A DNA stretch of 64,000 nucleotides from an uncultured Planctomycetaceae bacterium. GTDB lineage: Bacteria > Planctomycetota > Planctomycetia > Pirellulales > PALSA-1355. Where the stretch lies: the NCBI GenBank assembly GCA_963785305.1, contig CAWAUV010000002.1, forward strand, positions 128,001-192,000, in the 5' to 3' direction. The translations under genes were made by a program, and so were the position numbers. This document shows positions 51,738 to 63,695 of this stretch, piece after piece (position 1 is the stretch's first letter; each line of letters starts with the position of its first letter). The notes below the pieces were generated by a model. That model worked only from the letters and a program-made list of their open reading frames with translations. It ran no database searches and had not been told where the DNA came from.

Positions 51738-52088
51738 ATGAAGACCAAGCCCGCCAACGCGACCGATCTCGCTTTTCGCGCCTTTTCCGATTGGAACCGG
51801 CTGCGGATCGTGAATTTGCTGCGTGGCGGGGAGCTGTGCGTGTGCGATCTGGTCGATGTGCTCGGATTGCCGCAGCCGGTGGCGTCGAAGCATCTGGCCT
51901 ATCTCCGCCGAGCCAAGCTCGTGGCCAGCCGCCGCGAGGGACTCTGGGTCTATTATCAACTGGCGCCCGCGCGGCTCGAATTTCATCAGAAGCTCTTTGA
52001 AGCCGTGGCGGCCAGCGCCTCGCAAGCCCCGCAATTGGCAAACGACCTGAAGCGTTTGGCCACTCGGGGCAAAAGCTGCTGCGATTGA
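51738..52088 (+). CDS. arsR: ArsR/SmtB-family repressor
   Basis: RLRIV..ELCVCDL..SKHLAYLR..WVYY; C-terminal CC. Confidence 0.88.
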   Translation: MKTKPANATDLAFRAFSDWNRLRIVNLLRGGELCVCDLVDVLGLPQPVASKHLAYLRRAKLVASRREGLWVYYQLAPARLEFHQKLFEAVAASASQAPQLANDLKRLATRGKSCCD

Positions 52089-52149
52089 TTTCGCCGGTTC
52101 CGCGTTACGCGATTTCGTCGCGAAAAATACATTCCTCTGAAAGCATGCA

Positions 52150-52521
52150 ATGAGAGTGCTATTCGTCTGCGTGGAAAATTCGAATCGCAGCCAAATGGCC
52201 CAGGCCTTTGCCCTTCGGCTCGGCGCCGAAGCCCATAGCGCCGGATCGCGGCCCTTGGGCGCGATCAATCCCCGCGCGATCGCGGCGATGCGCGAACTCG
52301 GCCACGACCTCACGACGCATCGTTCCAAGTCGATCGCCGAATTGCCGCCGGGGCCGTTCGATGCCGTGGTGACGATGGGCTGCGGCGACGCATGTCCTCA
52401 AGTGCAAGCCGCGCGGCGCGAGGACTGGGAGATTCCCGACCCGCGGGAGATGTCTCCGGAGCGGTTCCGCGAGGTGCGAGATTTGATCGAAGCCAAAGTC
52501 AAAAAACTCTTAGAAGGATGA
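52150..52521 (+). CDS. arsC: Arsenate reductase (LMW-PTP family)
   Basis: [26 protein letters not shown]. Confidence 0.85.
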   Translation: MRVLFVCVENSNRSQMAQAFALRLGAEAHSAGSRPLGAINPRAIAAMRELGHDLTTHRSKSIAELPPGPFDAVVTMGCGDACPQVQAARREDWEIPDPREMSPERFREVRDLIEAKVKKLLEG

Positions 52522-53366
52522 CGCCCATGTCGATCGAAGAAACCGTTCGTTCCAAATACGCCGAAGTGGCTCGCGAAGGGCTTTCCAGCAACGACGCCGG
52601 GGTGCGGGCCGTGGCCGAGGCGTTTGGTTATAGCGCCGATGAATTGCAGTCGATTCCGGCCGAGGCCAACATGGGACTTTCGTGCGGAAATCCCACGGCA
52701 TTCGCCAGTCTGCGCGAAGGCGAGACCGTGGTCGACCTTGGCTCGGGCGGCGGCCTCGATGTGTTTCTCGCCGCGGCCAAAGTCGGCCCCGCCGGCCGGG
52801 CGATCGGCATCGACATGACGCCCGACATGTTGGCGCTCGCCCGCGCGAACGCCGCTCGCGCCGGGCTCGCGAATGTCGCATTCCATCAGGCCACGATCGA
52901 CGACTTGCCGCTAGCCGATGGCTCGGTCGATTGCGTGATCAGCAATTGCGTCATCAATCTCGCGCCCGACAAGCCGGCGGTTTTTCGCGAGATTGCCCGG
53001 GTGCTCAAGTCGGGCGGGCGGCTCGCGGTGAGCGATATCGCCCTCAAGCGGCCGCTGCCCGCGGAAATCGCCCAAGATATCATGGCCTATGTCGGCTGCA
53101 TCGCCGGCGCGATTTCACTCGACGATTATCGCTCGGGTCTCGCCGCGGCGGGCTTCCGCGACATTGTCCTCCTCGAAACCGGCGCCGACCTGAATGCCTA
53201 TGCCAAAGTCGAGGGGCAGGGCGGATGCTGTCCGCCCGAGATGTCGGGCCTGCCGATGGTGTCATGCGGCGATGGCGGCCTGCACGAGCGACTCGCCAAC
53301 CTGCTCGCGCGCTACAATGTGAACGACTACGCGGCCAGCGTGAAGGTCTACGCGGTCAAACCATGA
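52518..53366 (+). CDS. arsM: Arsenite methyltransferase
   Basis: [34 protein letters not shown]. Confidence 0.9.
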   Translation: MTPMSIEETVRSKYAEVAREGLSSNDAGVRAVAEAFGYSADELQSIPAEANMGLSCGNPTAFASLREGETVVDLGSGGGLDVFLAAAKVGPAGRAIGIDMTPDMLALARANAARAGLANVAFHQATIDDLPLADGSVDCVISNCVINLAPDKPAVFREIARVLKSGGRLAVSDIALKRPLPAEIAQDIMAYVGCIAGAISLDDYRSGLAAAGFRDIVLLETGADLNAYAKVEGQGGCCPPEMSGLPMVSCGDGGLHERLANLLARYNVNDYAASVKVYAVKP

Positions 53367-53412
53367 GGGGCGCCGATGCCCGCGGGACGGGGCGCCTTAC
53401 CGAGCGCGCCGC

Positions 53413-53841
53413 TCATCCGAGGCCGAGCGTCATGCCGAGCGCCAACAGCGCGAGCACGACCAGCGCCGTGAGGGCGAAGCGGCGGTCGCCCCAGGCGAGC
53501 CAGCCCACGGCGAGCACCGCCACCCGTAGCACCGGAGTGCAGATCAGGGCCAAGATGCCCAGATCCAATAGGGCCTCGCTCGAGCCCGAAATCGCTCCCC
53601 GCGCGAGCTTCGCCAAACCGCCGGGCAGACCCGCGGCGGCGTGCTCGTCGCGCCCAAGAGACAGTGCGAGGCCGGCGATAAGCAGCATGGTGCTAATCGC
53701 GAGGCCCAAGAGCAATGTCCAGTGAACCAAGTGTTCGAGCGATCGCATTTCCGGGTCGGCCGACGGACGCGTGTCCGATGCCGGGCCGGGAGCCGAATCT
53801 TGCGATGAATTTCGCGGCGCATTGGCATCCATGCGAATCAC
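53413..53841 (-). CDS. DUF1634-like membrane protein
   Basis: LGILALICTPVLRV; follows a TSUP gene. Confidence 0.75.
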   Translation of the reverse strand: MIRMDANAPRNSSQDSAPGPASDTRPSADPEMRSLEHLVHWTLLLGLAISTMLLIAGLALSLGRDEHAAAGLPGGLAKLARGAISGSSEALLDLGILALICTPVLRVAVLAVGWLAWGDRRFALTALVVLALLALGMTLGLG

Positions 53842-54726
53842 GCTCCGCCGCGCACGGCGCGGATCATCATTTCAATCGACACCATCACGAGCAAGGTGGC
53901 AAACAGCCGCTGGACGAAGCGGTCTTGCACCTTGCGATTGACCAACGAGCCCAGGGCCGAGCCAATGAGCACTCCCAACACGACAATCGCCGTGACTTCC
54001 GCCCGCACTTCGCCGCGGCCGTAGTACAAGGTAGCGCTGGCGGCGGCCGTCACTCCGATCATGAAGTTCGAAGTCGCCGCCGCCACTTTCATGGGCACTC
54101 CGCAGGCCAGATGCATCGCCGGAGCTTTGAACACCCCGCCGCCGATGCCTAACAGGCCCGAGAGATTGCCGGCCAGAAACGAAATCGCCATGCCGGCCCA
54201 AAGCCGGACAACGCGATAAGCGATCCATTGCCCGGCGGCTTCGTCGAAATACACGGCGCCCAGCGCCCCAGCGCCCGAGCGCCGCGGGCGATGGCGGCGC
54301 GATCGCGGGGGGAGCCCCGGCCGCGGGCGGCGCCGTGGCGCCCGCGGCATGCGCATTTCCGCGGCGAAACATCAAATACGCGGTCGGCAGGAGCACCACG
54401 GCGAAACAGCCTTCGAGCGCCCGGGCCGAGAACCAAGCCGCGCTAAAGGCGCCGGAGATCGCGCCCACGGTGGTGGCCATTTCAAGCGTCATGCCCAGGC
54501 GCATGTTGGCGGTGCCGCGTTCGACATTGGTGCTGGCCACGGCGCTCGAGGTCGCGATCACGCTCACAATGCTCGTGGCGACGGCATAGTGCATCGGCAT
54601 GCCGAGCCCCAGGACAAGCACCGGAATCAGAAACACTCCGCCGCCCGTGCCCAACATGGCCCCGACCAGACCGGTCAGGGCGCCGGCCAACAAGACAATC
54701 GGCGCATTGTCCAACGTGACAAACAT
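53838..54726 (-). CDS. Sulfite exporter TauE/SafE (TSUP) family (frameshift near 54270)
   Basis: GAMLGTGGG..P, GLLGIGGG..P, AATSNFMIGVTA. Confidence 0.85.
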
Positions 54727-54735
54727 GGCCCGATC

Positions 54736-56109
54736 TTAGGGAGACCCGATTCCGCCGGCAAGTCTGGCTTTCGCTCCAGGAGCGAGCAGCTCGCGTATTG
54801 CGTCGATCAGCGGCCCGTAGCCCTCGGCCAGTGAAACGGTTTGACTTTGCGCGGTCGCCAGATTCTTGAGTTGCACGTTCCGAGCCGCGAATTCGTTTTC
54901 GCCCGCGACCAGCGCCACGCGAAACCCGCGACGGTCGGCGTATTTGAGTTGCTGCCCCAGCTTTTTCGGCTCGGGATAGAGCTCGACGCCGAGCCCGGCG
55001 GCGCGCAGGGCGGCGGCCATTTGCAAATAATCATGCAGCCGCGCGGAATCGAAATAAGCGATAAACACCGGCGCCGTTGTGGCGATTTTTTCGAGTTGGC
55101 CGAGCTCCTCGAGCGCCGCGAGCAGCCGATCGAGCCCAAGCGAGGCGCCGATGCCCGGCAACTGCTGCGAAGTGTAGAGCTCGGCCAGATTATCGTAGCG
55201 CCCCCCGGAGCACACGCTGCCGATGCCCGGCAAGTCGTCGAGAAATGTTTCGAAGATCGTGCCGGTGTAATAGTCGAGCCCGCGCGCGACGGCCGGGGCA
55301 ATGTGAATTCGCTCGTCGGGCACTCCGGCCGCCTGGACCGCCGCGACGATCTCGCGAAGCCGGGCCACGCCGGCTTCGCCCGGCTCGCTACCGGTCACGA
55401 GCCGATCGAGCTGGGCGAGCACCGCGGCATGTTCGCCCGAGACCGACGCCAAGTCGAGCACTCGGGCGGCCTGTTCGGGGGTGGCGCCGGCAACGTCGAT
55501 CATTTCGGCGGCGACCGCTTCGGGACCGATCTTGGCGAGCTTGTCGAGCGCGCGCAGCACCGATGTGGCCCGATCGCCCAGGCCGAGCTTGGCCAAGAGT
55601 CCGGTGAGCACTTGACGATTGTTGATATGAATGGTGAATCGTTCGAGGCCCAGGGCGAGCAACAAGTCATGGATCACGAGCGCGGTTTCGATATCGGCGG
55701 CGACCGAAAGGGAGCCGATGGTGTCGAAATCGCACTGCATGAACTCGCGATAGCGGCCGCGCTGCGTGTTTTCGCCGCGCCAGACGCTCGCAATGTGATA
55801 GCGCTTGAACGGAGTGCCCAGTTCGGCGATATGCTGCGCCGCGAAGCGGGCCAGCGGCACGGTCAGATCGAACCGCAAGCCCACGTCGCGGTCGCCGTGA
55901 TCCTTGAACTTGTAAAGCTGCTTGTCGGTCTCGTCGCCGCCTTTGCCGGTGAGAATTTCGAGATACTCGAGCGCCGGAGTGTCGATCGGGCAGAAGCCGT
56001 AGGAGCGGTAAACTCGCCGAGCGGTTTCCATGAGCCATTCGCGCGGAATCATGGCCGCGGGCAAGTAGTCGCGAAAGCCCTTGAGGGTGCGAGGTTCGAT
56101 GCGCTGCAC
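54736..56109 (-). CDS. hisS: Histidine--tRNA ligase
   Basis: TLKGFRD, LRFDLTVP, RGRYREFMQCD, RGLDYYTG, SGGRYD; GTG start inferred. Confidence 0.95.
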   Translation of the reverse strand: MQRIEPRTLKGFRDYLPAAMIPREWLMETARRVYRSYGFCPIDTPALEYLEILTGKGGDETDKQLYKFKDHGDRDVGLRFDLTVPLARFAAQHIAELGTPFKRYHIASVWRGENTQRGRYREFMQCDFDTIGSLSVAADIETALVIHDLLLALGLERFTIHINNRQVLTGLLAKLGLGDRATSVLRALDKLAKIGPEAVAAEMIDVAGATPEQAARVLDLASVSGEHAAVLAQLDRLVTGSEPGEAGVARLREIVAAVQAAGVPDERIHIAPAVARGLDYYTGTIFETFLDDLPGIGSVCSGGRYDNLAELYTSQQLPGIGASLGLDRLLAALEELGQLEKIATTAPVFIAYFDSARLHDYLQMAAALRAAGLGVELYPEPKKLGQQLKYADRRGFRVALVAGENEFAARNVQLKNLATAQSQTVSLAEGYGPLIDAIRELLAPGAKARLAGGIGSP

Positions 56110-56253
56110 GAAATGTCTCAACAACGCCGGCGAAGGCGCCGCTGCTCCAGGTAAATAATGAATCGCCGGTCGAAGCGGCGCGAATGAAACCACGACGCGA
56201 TTTTCAGCAAACGAACTCGAGCGGGCCTCCCGCTCGGACCACCGGGCCGCGAA

Positions 56254-56700
56254 TCAGTTCATGATCGGCAGGAGCGGCGGCCGGGGGCCGCGGATGCCTT
56301 GCCCTTCGTCGCGCGGCAGGATCGCTTCCATGTACTCCGCCACTTGTTCCGGGGTTTCGAGATACTGGTCGTAGCAACTGTCGTCGTCGTACTCGCAGCC
56401 GTCGGTCGTGTATTCACGGCAAATCTTGGGGCGGGTCTCGTAGATGCCGCAGCGATTGTCGTCTCGCAGCTTGCGGCAGTTCGTGTGCACGACCAGATAC
56501 CAGGTTTCGCCTTCCTTGAAGACGGCGGCGGCTTCGTGCAGCACATACCAGCGGACGAATTCCCAGTCGTCGAAATTCGTCGGCGCCTCGATCGGCAAGG
56601 CAAAATACCGGCAACACTTCGCGGTGCAATAACTGCAAAGCACTTCGCCCTTGGGCAAATCCTCGCGCTTCAGACGCGGCGCCAATCCCACGCTTGCCAT
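56254..56700 (-). CDS. YkgJ family cysteine cluster protein
   Basis: CSYCTAKCC..C..L..C.IYETRPKICR. Confidence 0.85.
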   Translation of the reverse strand: MASVGLAPRLKREDLPKGEVLCSYCTAKCCRYFALPIEAPTNFDDWEFVRWYVLHEAAAVFKEGETWYLVVHTNCRKLRDDNRCGIYETRPKICREYTTDGCEYDDDSCYDQYLETPEQVAEYMEAILPRDEGQGIRGPRPPLLPIMN

Positions 56701-56872
56701 GATTCGACCTGTTCTTGGTTCTCGCGCAACACGCAGCGAACAACTTAACACGTCGGCCACCGTCTCGCCATAGGGAGCCGAATTGGCGCCAATGTCGCGG
56801 ACGCCGGCGATGGCCAAGCCGCCCGACGAAAATGCGCGCGGCCAAAATCGTGCGCGAGCGGAACACCGCCCT

Positions 56873-58235
56873 TTAGCGCCAGACCGTGCCGCCGTTGGCC
56901 AAGCGGCCGTCGGCCGGCGCGAGCTCGGCGGTGGCGGGGTTCGGGGCGCGGCTCCATTCCAATATGATCTGGCGAGACTGCTGCACGGGCTGCGGCCGCG
57001 TGGCCTGATGGCTTGTCTGGTCCGATGTGGCGGACGTAGCCACCGGGTCGGGCGCGGCCGGAGTGCGCGGCGCGGCCGCGACATTCGCGGCGCCCTTCGC
57101 GGGGGAGGTTCCGCTCGCGCTCGCGGGGGCGCTACCGCCGGCCGGTTCATACGACGCATAATCGCGGCGTGGCGAGTGCCAGCCAGCTTCGCCAGCCGCC
57201 ACGCTCGCTCCCTCGCGAGTCATCCCGTCGCGAGGCGCCGCGCTGGCCAGAGAGGCGCTCGCTCCCGCGGTCGGCAGTGGAGCAATTTGAGCGCGATAGA
57301 TCGACGCGGCCACGCTGCTTGGCGCGGGAGCGGTTCCCGAGGGCCCGGATGGCGCTGGCATGGCTACCGATGAGGGCCGGGGCGCCGGCGCGGGCCGAGC
57401 TGCTGGCGAGGGAATCGCTGCCGCGAGTGCTTCGGGCGACGCTTGTTCCTGAGTCGGGCTGCCCTGGCGAACCCATTCGAGCCAAGTATTTTGCAACACG
57501 CCCAGGTTGGCCACCGTGTAGTGTTGGGCCACGGCCCGGGTCCAGTTGTCGTCGCGCATGCCATCGGCCAAGAAGGCGAGGAATTTTTGCCGGCCGCCTT
57601 GGGCGATCAGATACCGGGCCAGCGAATAGCCTTGCGAATACAGTGGCATCACATCGCGCGGATACTCTTTCATCACGAACATTCGGCTGAAAGGAATACC
57701 GCGATTCGTGCGTAGGAAGTCGACCAGCATGATCTGCTGCTTGGTCTTTTCGCTCGCATGCTCGACCGTGGTGCAAGCGCCCTCGTCGGCCCAGCGCGGC
57801 AGCGGGCGGCGGAAATGCGTCGCGAAGATCGTGTGCGTGATTTCGTGCGGGAGCACCGAATCGAGCACGCGTTCGAGCGAGCCCTGAATCGTCATCTGCC
57901 AGCCATAGACTTCGCCATGTTCGAAGAGAAAGCTTGTTGCCCCGCCGGCGCCGAGATGCGGCGCCACTTGGGCTTCGATCGGGCAAGGCGCCGACCAATT
58001 GGGCATCGGGCTGCCGAGCCACAAAATCGCTAGGTCGCGGCGATAGCCTTCGGCCGCGCTCGTGATCTGGGCCGCCATTTCGGGAGTCGGCGCGGTGACG
58101 ATGAAATTGGCGCTCCGTTGGCTCGCGCCCATCGAAGCCGCGGCAACGAACAAAATGGCAATGCGATAAAAGCCCCGCGAACCGAGACTGCGCTTTGCTC
58201 GTCGCTCGGCGAAATTGATCAACGTGAGCTTCCAT
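56873..58235 (-). CDS. Secreted peptidase MA-like (HExxH) protein
   Basis: VLPHEITH..PRWADEG; Ala/Pro-rich tail; start frameshifted. Confidence 0.7.
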
Positions 58236-58604
58236 GCTCCTGGGTCCCCTCCCTGGTTTGGATCGGCTACAAGCGCCACTCACATCTTGTGAATAGCGCA
58301 AAACTCGCCAACTCGAATACGGCGAACTGCAAGCAGCGCGAAGGAGCGGCTCGGCCCGGTAGGCCTCGAATGCGGAATGTTCACGAGAGGCCGGAGAGAG
58401 CGTCGCACGCGCGAGGGGAAGATGATTCAAAGGGGGAAAAGCTGGCGGGCGGGCGCTCGACGATTCATTCTCTCGGGGTCAAGTGCTCCTTGGCACTGGC
58501 CGCAAAGCTTACAGAGCTTTCCCAAATGCCACTAGACTGAAATTATTGCCAGCCCGGCGAGCCGCTGGCGCCAGCGCTGCTAGTGGTGCGCGGGAGGTCT
58601 GAAA

Positions 58605-59083
58605 TCACTCGCGAGCCAGGAGCGCGAGCAACTGCAGGTTGGCTTCCGGAAACGGATAGTCGCCCAGCGAGCGCTTCGCCACCCAGCGAAATCGCGACGG
58701 AAGCTCGGCGCTCGGCGGCGCATCGCCCCGCGCTCGCGAATCGGCGAGCTCGCAGCGGAAGAAATGCAGTTCGAGTCGGCCGTGCGAATAGTCATGCACG
58801 ACAATCGGATACTCACTCGCCACCGCCACTTGCAAGCGCGTCTCTTCGAAACATTCGCGCGCCGCGGCCTCGGCCGGCGATTCGTCTGGTTGCAGCTTGC
58901 CGCCCGGAAATTCCCAGAGGCCCGCCAGCGGTGCGCCGGGCGGACGCAACCCGATCAGCACCCACTCGCCCGACACAACCACGGCCACCGCAATGCGAGT
59001 CGAAGCGAGTGAATCCGTATCCGGGGCCAGGGCATCGGGCGTCGCTCGCCGACTCACTTGCTGGCCATCCATTCCCAACCGCT
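58605..59083 (-). CDS. MutT-like NUDIX hydrolase
   Basis: LWEFPGGKL..ESPAEAAARECFEET, FPEAN; start uncertain. Confidence 0.85.
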
Positions 59084-60823
59084 CAATGTGCCCAATTCTC
59101 GCTGGGCGAGCATTTCCCAGGGCGTGCCTTTGTGGTCGTTCACCACGCGTTCGAGGTACATCCGCGACTTTTTCACCATTTTGTCGAGGGTGCTGTCGGT
59201 GGAAAATGTTTCGGCCGGAACCATTGTCCACACATTGTCGTTCGGCCCGCCGGGGCGCTTGCCTTGCTTGAGCTGCGCGACCATCGAGTTGTAGCCTTCG
59301 AACTTGGCCTTGGCCGCGAGCACTCGGCCCATCGAAAGATCATAGGCCGCTTGCCAACGAGCGCCGGTGAGCTTGGCGCGGTCCGATTCGCCCGGCTGTA
59401 GCGCATCATAGAGCGGGCGGAGCATCGGCTCGACCCGCGCCACGGCCTGCTCGGCGCGGTCGCATTCGCGCTTGAGCTTGGACTCGTCCTCGCGCACAAA
59501 CGCCGTGACAAGGCTCATGGCCGCGTCGATCTTGATCGGCGGCAGCATCGCCGCTTTGTGCAGCGCCATGCGACATTTGTTGTCGGCCAGCAGCGCGTCG
59601 TATTCCGCCTGGCTCACATAGTCGGGCGCATAGCGAGCCATGATTTTCGACTCGAAATGCCGCGCCGCCGAGCCCGAGCCCCAGCGCGAGCCGCCGCCAT
59701 CGCCGCCCCCGCGCACAATCAAATACGCGCCATCTTCCGAAGCCTTGCAAAGTCGGCAAAGCGCGAACGGCCCGAAGCCCGAGTCGAGCAGTTCGTTTCG
59801 CAGCGAAAGGCCGCGTGTGTCGAGATCGATCATCTCCGACTCGCGCGATTCGGGACCCACCTGCACGATCTTGCCTAGCTCCATCATCGGCTGCATCGTC
59901 AACGTGCCGTCGCGACCAAAGGGCGCGGGCACGCCGATGCAATACACCAGCACTAGATTCTTCTCCACGATCGGCGCGAGCTCATCGACCTTGGCCATGT
60001 CGTCGCCGCGCTCGTCGGTCACGATCGTGAGCACCAGATAGCGCTTCTGCTCGGTGTGAAACTTCATGAACTCGTCGAGCACCTGCTTGACCGCGCCAAA
60101 CGTGTTTTCCGAGGCGTCGTTGTCTTCGGTCACGCGTTCGAGCGCGGCGGTGAGCTCCGCGGTGTCGTCGGTCGGCTCGGGCGTGAGAATCTCGCAGGTC
60201 TTGCCATAGGCGGCGATCGCCGTGAGCAGCGGGGGACCTTTCGAGGTGTTGGCAAAGCCCTTGTGGCCTTGCTTCTTGAGTTCATCGAATCCCTTGAGCA
60301 CTTCCTTGAGACGGCCGGTCACCGCGGCGCGTTGGCCCGCGGCGCTCGGCGAGCGATCGAACAACCAGATCGCGAGCGTCGGGCGCGTGTCGAGCGTGTC
60401 GACGATCTCCCAGCCCACGCGATCCGTGGCCGATTCGTTGGTCATGTAGTCGGCCTGGGCCTTGGCTTGTTGCAAGCTCCCCGCGGCAAAGGGGCCCGAC
60501 GACCGGCCGCCTCGCGACGAAAATCCACTCGAAGCACTGCTCGAAGAACTGCCCGACGAGCGCGACGGCGAGGGATAATCGGGCTTCGGCGCCGAGGCGA
60601 CCTCTTGCGTCTCGGCCGGCGCCGTTTTTTTCGTCGCCTTCTTCGGTTTCGTTTCGGCGCTGGCCAGTGGCGCCGGCTTTTGCGGCGCGCTCGCCACGCG
60701 ATAGGCGGCAAAGCCGGCGAGGCCCAGCACCGGAATCGCAATCAAAAACACGATCAGCGGCAAATTCGAACTTTTCGGCGGGCGTGAACGGCCGCGCGAA
60801 CGCGATTTGGTATATGAACTCAC
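59054..60823 (-). CDS. Membrane-anchored vWA-domain protein (planctomycete type)
   Basis: TM helix; WLFDRSPS MIDAS-like motif, VTDERGDD, SGFGPFAL, HKGTPW. Confidence 0.72.
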   Translation of the reverse strand: MSSYTKSRSRGRSRPPKSSNLPLIVFLIAIPVLGLAGFAAYRVASAPQKPAPLASAETKPKKATKKTAPAETQEVASAPKPDYPSPSRSSGSSSSSASSGFSSRGGRSSGPFAAGSLQQAKAQADYMTNESATDRVGWEIVDTLDTRPTLAIWLFDRSPSAAGQRAAVTGRLKEVLKGFDELKKQGHKGFANTSKGPPLLTAIAAYGKTCEILTPEPTDDTAELTAALERVTEDNDASENTFGAVKQVLDEFMKFHTEQKRYLVLTIVTDERGDDMAKVDELAPIVEKNLVLVYCIGVPAPFGRDGTLTMQPMMELGKIVQVGPESRESEMIDLDTRGLSLRNELLDSGFGPFALCRLCKASEDGAYLIVRGGGDGGGSRWGSGSAARHFESKIMARYAPDYVSQAEYDALLADNKCRMALHKAAMLPPIKIDAAMSLVTAFVREDESKLKRECDRAEQAVARVEPMLRPLYDALQPGESDRAKLTGARWQAAYDLSMGRVLAAKAKFEGYNSMVAQLKQGKRPGGPNDNVWTMVPAETFSTDSTLDKMVKKSRMYLERVVNDHKGTPWEMLAQRELGTLSGWEWMASK

Positions 60824-61113
60824 GCCAAGGCTCCTCTCGAAGAACCGGGGGGACTGGGGGGCGATGCGCCAATTAGAAATTTAGAAACGTCGTACGGCGG
60901 CGGCGGTGTGCAACCGCCGGCAGCAAAATCCGATTATAACAACCATTCGCTCGCGCCGCCTGCCATGATTCCCGCGAACCGGCACGGCGGACTGAAATTC
61001 GAGCCACCCGACTTTTGGGTAAATCGAACGGCCCGGGTATACTGAGAAGTTGCAAACTCGCCTCGGTCGGCGCCGCCCGAGGATACCCACTTCCAAACCC
61101 GGCGATCGCCAGC

Positions 61114-62145
61114 ATGTTTTCAGGAACTCTCAAAACCTGGGCCTCGGAACACTTGCCGGCGCCGCGGGCCCACGTCGCGGCGCTGCTATGCGCCCTCGCC
61201 ATCGCAAGCCTCGCCACTCGCCCGGCGGGGGCCGTGGTGATCAATTTGGCCAATACGGCCAACACGAGCCCCAGCACATCGGCCGCCGGTCCCAGTTTCT
61301 CGGGCTACTGGGACAATGTGGTCAGCGTCAACGGCGCTTCGGCCGTGTATCTGGGCAGCGGTTGGGTGCTCACGGCCGCGCATGTCGGCGCCGGCTCGTT
61401 TGTGTATGACGGCGTGACCTATTTTCCGGGGACATCGTATTCCAATTTCAACACGCCCACCCTGCCACCCGGGACCGCCGATCTCACCCTGTTTCAGATC
61501 GCCTCGTCATCGTCGGGGCCGACCGACCCGGCGCTGCCCAATGTGCCGATCCAATATGGCAACGTGCCGGGCGTGGGAACGTTTGTGAACGATGCCGGCA
61601 ATGGCTACACCGCGGGAGCGTCGACCGGCAACGGGTTCTCCTGGGCAGGCTCGGTCGGCGAGACCTGGGGCTCGAACAACACGGCCGACGCCTCGGTGGT
61701 CACGCCCTCGGCCTCGGGCCCGGTGATTCCGATCTCGGTCACGGTGGGCAGCAACACCTACACCTCCTACGACCTCGTAACGCAGTTCACCAACGGCGGC
61801 CTCAATACCTCGCAGCTTGCCCCGGGCGACTCGGGCGGGGGGCTCTTCGCGCTCGACACGCTCGGCCATAGCATGCTCGTGGGCCTGAACGAGGCGATCG
61901 GTTCCCAGAATTCCAATAGCGCTACCTACGGAGACTACAGTGTCTATGTGGCCATCGGCGAATACGCCTCGCAGATTCAGGCCGACACGGGGGGCGTGGC
62001 CAGCCCCCTGACCTTCGATGTGTTGCCGACGCCCGAACCGAGCTCGTTTTTGCTCGCGGCGGCGGGTCTGGCCGGCGCCGGGGCCACGCTCTGGCGGCGT
62101 CGAAATCAAGGCAGGGCGAAGGCCGCGGCCCCCGCGAGCCGATAG
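61114..62145 (+). CDS. Trypsin-like serine protease with PEP-CTERM sorting domain
   Basis: WVLTAAH, ADL, PGDSGG catalytic motifs; PTPEPSS-TM-RRR. Confidence 0.85.
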   Translation: MFSGTLKTWASEHLPAPRAHVAALLCALAIASLATRPAGAVVINLANTANTSPSTSAAGPSFSGYWDNVVSVNGASAVYLGSGWVLTAAHVGAGSFVYDGVTYFPGTSYSNFNTPTLPPGTADLTLFQIASSSSGPTDPALPNVPIQYGNVPGVGTFVNDAGNGYTAGASTGNGFSWAGSVGETWGSNNTADASVVTPSASGPVIPISVTVGSNTYTSYDLVTQFTNGGLNTSQLAPGDSGGGLFALDTLGHSMLVGLNEAIGSQNSNSATYGDYSVYVAIGEYASQIQADTGGVASPLTFDVLPTPEPSSFLLAAAGLAGAGATLWRRRNQGRAKAAAPASR

Positions 62146-62344
62146 GAAACGACGGGCGGCGCAAAAAGCGCGAAAAAACATTTCCAAACGCTGGACAAAA
62201 TCGCTGGCAACGCGGAGAATACGTGCAAGCGAAATTTTTCCGGCGGGTCGGACCGGCGCCAGCATGCGCTGGTTCTTCCGACGGGCCGCCGCGACTCATC
62301 TCACTATATCTTTTCGCGCGGAATCATTACGAGGAGGAAGGCAC

Positions 62345-63430
62345 ATGGCTCGTCGACGGCGTACTCGTGGTTTCACCTTGGTCGAGCTCTTGGTGGTAAT
62401 CACCATCATCGGTATGCTCATGGCGCTCTTGCTCCCGGCCGTGCAGTCGGCGCGTGAAGCCGCCCGGCGCAATACCTGCGCCAACAATCAGAAGAATGTC
62501 TCGCTGGCGATGGTGAACTTCGAAAGCAACCGACATTACTTCCCGGGCTATGCGAACACGATCACGGCCACCGGAAATGGAAACACGACCTATTACTATG
62601 TAAGCTACATCGTGCCTCTGTTGCCGATGCTCGACCACGCCGATCAATACAAGACCTACACCGACACCACGACCGGCAATGGCAATGGTGGCGTCGCGTT
62701 TCAGGGCTACAACAGCCTGTTGGTCTGCCCGAGCAATCCGCCGATCGCGGCCGCCGGCCCAGTGCTGGCTTATGTGACCAACGCGGGCGCCAACACGAGC
62801 GGAACCACGGCCGTGACTTCTCCGCCGGAATACAACACCGATGGCGTGTCGTTTAACACCACCGGCCAAAACAGTTCCAGCAGCGGCAGCGGAACCGCGT
62901 CGGTAATCAAGGTCTCGGGCGATTACATCGGCTCGAACGATGGCACGACCTACACCCTCATGACCACCGAAAATATGCAAGCGGCTCAGTGGACGTGGGT
63001 ATCGGGCAACGCGGGTAACCTTTCCAACATCGGCAGCACGCAAATCGGCTGGACAGCGAGCGGCACGACCTATCTGGCAACCATGAAGGCCACGACCACC
63101 TTCCAATGGGACGCCAATCAGTCATCGGGATTCCTGCAAACACCGAGCAATGTCGCCGAGCAGATCAACGGCTCAAAGACCACGCCGATCAGCACTTCGT
63201 ATTCCTCGAGCGCCTATGCTCGGCCCTCGTCGAATCACCCGGGCGGCGTGAATATGTTCTTCGCCGACGGCCATTATAGGTTCGTCGCCCAGGACATCGC
63301 CTATTCGACCTACCGCCAGCTCATGACTCCAAACAGCGTGGCCTCGGATGTGAATCACGGCTACCTCCAGGTGAGCGGCGGATCCTACTCCGGCAATGCC
63401 ACGCCGGTGCTCGACGAAGCGAGCTATTAA
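62345..63430 (+). CDS. DUF1559 prepilin-type N-terminal domain protein
   Basis: [52 protein letters not shown]. Confidence 0.92.
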   Translation: MARRRRTRGFTLVELLVVITIIGMLMALLLPAVQSAREAARRNTCANNQKNVSLAMVNFESNRHYFPGYANTITATGNGNTTYYYVSYIVPLLPMLDHADQYKTYTDTTTGNGNGGVAFQGYNSLLVCPSNPPIAAAGPVLAYVTNAGANTSGTTAVTSPPEYNTDGVSFNTTGQNSSSSGSGTASVIKVSGDYIGSNDGTTYTLMTTENMQAAQWTWVSGNAGNLSNIGSTQIGWTASGTTYLATMKATTTFQWDANQSSGFLQTPSNVAEQINGSKTTPISTSYSSSAYARPSSNHPGGVNMFFADGHYRFVAQDIAYSTYRQLMTPNSVASDVNHGYLQVSGGSYSGNATPVLDEASY

Positions 63431-63526
63431 GCTGGCGGGCGAATTGCCGACTCGCATTTTTGCATATACGAACGCCTCGCGCGGACCCAACCGCGCGAGG
63501 CGTTTTTTCGTATCCGGCCCTGGCGC

Positions 63527-63558
63527 CCTGTGCCATGCCCACGCTTGTCGTGGGCATG
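63527..63558 (+). repeat. REP palindrome, copy B (next to RAYT)
   Basis: Identical to 41385-41416. Confidence 0.75.
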
Positions 63559-63695
63559 AGAACTTCGCCAAAGCCACGCCCACACGCCGCCAAGCCCCCC
63601 TTGCCTCCGTCACGCACATTCCGACGCAAGCGTGGAAATGGCACTCAGAATTCTCTCTGGCATCCGCCCGGTATTCACTTAATCATCCGGCAATC

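Noticed and set aside
17621..56109. queG, desulfurase, miaB, rsmG and hisS as part of the tRNA-array system
   Set aside because: They are scattered among unrelated housekeeping genes in separate operons, so the proximity is probably coincidental.
473..58235. Frameshifts in phoD, ftsH, queG, rtcB, slipin, rsmG and others as pseudogenes or programmed frameshifting
   Set aside because: They are spread across core and accessory genes alike with no shared slippery motif, which fits sequencing indel error.
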